The position numbers and the translations under genes are program-made. A model generated the notes under the pieces. It ran no database searches, had not been told where the DNA came from, and saw only the letters and a program-made list of their open reading frames with translations. From the human T2T-CHM13v2.0 reference genome, Homo sapiens: 64,000 bases of DNA. Every line of letters starts with the position of its first letter. Position 1 is the stretch's first letter. The DNA lies in assembly GCF_009914755.1 (NCBI RefSeq), contig NC_060938.1; one strand, written 5' to 3'. This document shows, piece after piece, positions 62,601-64,000 of this stretch.

Positions 62601-64000
62601 TTCCAATCCATTCCATTCCTTTCCAATCCATTCCATTCTATTCATTTCCACTTGGATTCAATCTATTCTTTCCATGCCATTCCGTTCTGTTCCATTCCAT
62701 TCCATTGCATTAGATACCATTCCACTCCACTCGGGATGATTCCATTCAATTCCATTATATTCCGTTCAATTCCATTCCATTCCATTCCATTCCATTCCAT
62801 TCCACTCGGGTTGATTCCATTCTATTCCTTTCCATTTCATTCCATTCCATTGCATTCCATTCCATTCCATTCCATTCCACTCCATTACATTCCACTCCAC
62901 TCCTGTTGATTCCATTCCATTCCATTCCATTCCATTTCATTCCATTACATTTCACTCGGGTTGATTCTATTCCATTCCATTCCATTTTATTCAATTCCAT
63001 TCCGTTCCATTCCATTCCATCCCACACCATTCCACTCAGGTTGATTCCATACCATTCCATTCCATTCCATTCCATGAAATTCCATTCCATTCCATTCCAC
63101 TCGGGTTGATTACTTTCCATTCCATTCCATTCCATTCCATTAAATTCCATTCGGGTTTATTCCATTCCATTCCATTCCATTCCATTCCATTCCATTCCAC
63201 TCCATTCCATTCCATTCCACTGCATTCCATTCCATTCCATTCCACTCGGGTTGATTTCATTCCATTCCATTCCAATCCATTCCATTCCATTCCATTCCAT
63301 TCCATTCCATTCCATACCATTCCACCAAAGTTGATTGCATGCTATTCCATTCCATACCATTCCATTCCATTCCATTCCATTCCATTCCATTCCATTCCAT
63401 TCCTTTCCACTTGGGGTGATTCCATTCCATTCAATTCCGTTCCATTCTGTCCCGTTCCATTCCATTCCATTTTATTACATTTCATTCCATTGCATTCCAC
63501 TCGGGTTGATTCCATTCCATTCCATTCCATACCATTGCACTCCATTCCATTCCATACACTTCGGGTTGATTCCTTTCCATTCCATTCCATTCTATACAAT
63601 TCCACTCCATTCCGTTCCATTCCATTCGGGTTGATTCCGTTCCATTCCATGCCCTTTTATTCCATTCCTTTCCTTTCCATTCCATTCCATTCCATTCCAT
63701 TCCATTCCATTCCATTCCACCAAAGTTGATTACATGTTATTCCATTCCTTTCCGTTTCATTCCGTTCCATTCCATTCCTTTCCATTCCATTCCTTTCCAC
63801 TCGGGTTGATTCCATTCTATTCAATTCCGTTCTGTTCCGTTCCGTTCCGTTCCATTCCATTCCATTTCTTTCCATTGCATTGCACTCGAGTTGATTCCGT
63901 TCCTTTCCATTCCATTCCATTCCATTCCATTCCATTCCATTCCATTCCATTCCATTCCGTTCCACTGGGCTTGATTCCATGCCATTCCATTCCATTTTTT
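41690..64000 (+). repeat. Human satellite 3 (HSat3), (CATTC)n on the + strand
   Basis: Long CATTC runs interspersed with ACTCGGGTTGATT (reverse complement CAACCCGAGT), the satellite III decamer. It lacks the 23/26-bp HSat2 pattern. Orientation is uniform. Confidence 0.97.

Noticed and set aside
41668-64000. (MEWNG)n and (IPFHS)n ORFs up to 332 aa
   Set aside because: The GGAAT/CATTC pentamer has no stop codon in any frame. These are well-known spurious satellite translations.
41690-64000. Canonical heat-shock elements or DUX4 sites
   Set aside because: GAA units are head-to-tail and I saw no properly spaced inverted nGAAnnTTCn arrays. tgattgcatgtta has the wrong spacing for the DUX4 consensus.
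41690-64000. DYZ1 (3.56-kb Y-specific HSat3) or HSat2 assignment; strand inversion
   Set aside because: No 3.56-kb period or 23/26-bp HSat2 pattern is evident, and CATTC stays on the + strand throughout.

Overview
This window is hominid (most likely human) satellite heterochromatin, and I find no credible protein-coding or RNA genes. It holds three abutting arrays. (1) 1-36947 is an HSat1B/DYZ2-type array of ~2.4-kb composite units, each made of an HSATI segment, a 5'-truncated Alu and a ~1.5-kb AT-rich tract. There are 15 Alu-bearing units plus a truncated 16th, falling into three sequence subtypes. (2) 36948-41689 is a diverged 42-bp HSat1A (classical satellite I, 17+25-bp RsaI) array. (3) 41690-64000 is HSat3 (CATTC)n with nested higher-order duplications. 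The combination suggests an acrocentric short arm rather than Yq12 (inference). All listed ORFs are repeat artefacts. I do not see a new gene system. The most interesting signals are structural: an in-register homeologous HSat1B/HSat1A junction, a 43-bp subrepeat inside HSat1B that resembles the HSat1A monomer, a hidden ~2.3-kb duplication in HSat1A, and layered duplications in HSat3.
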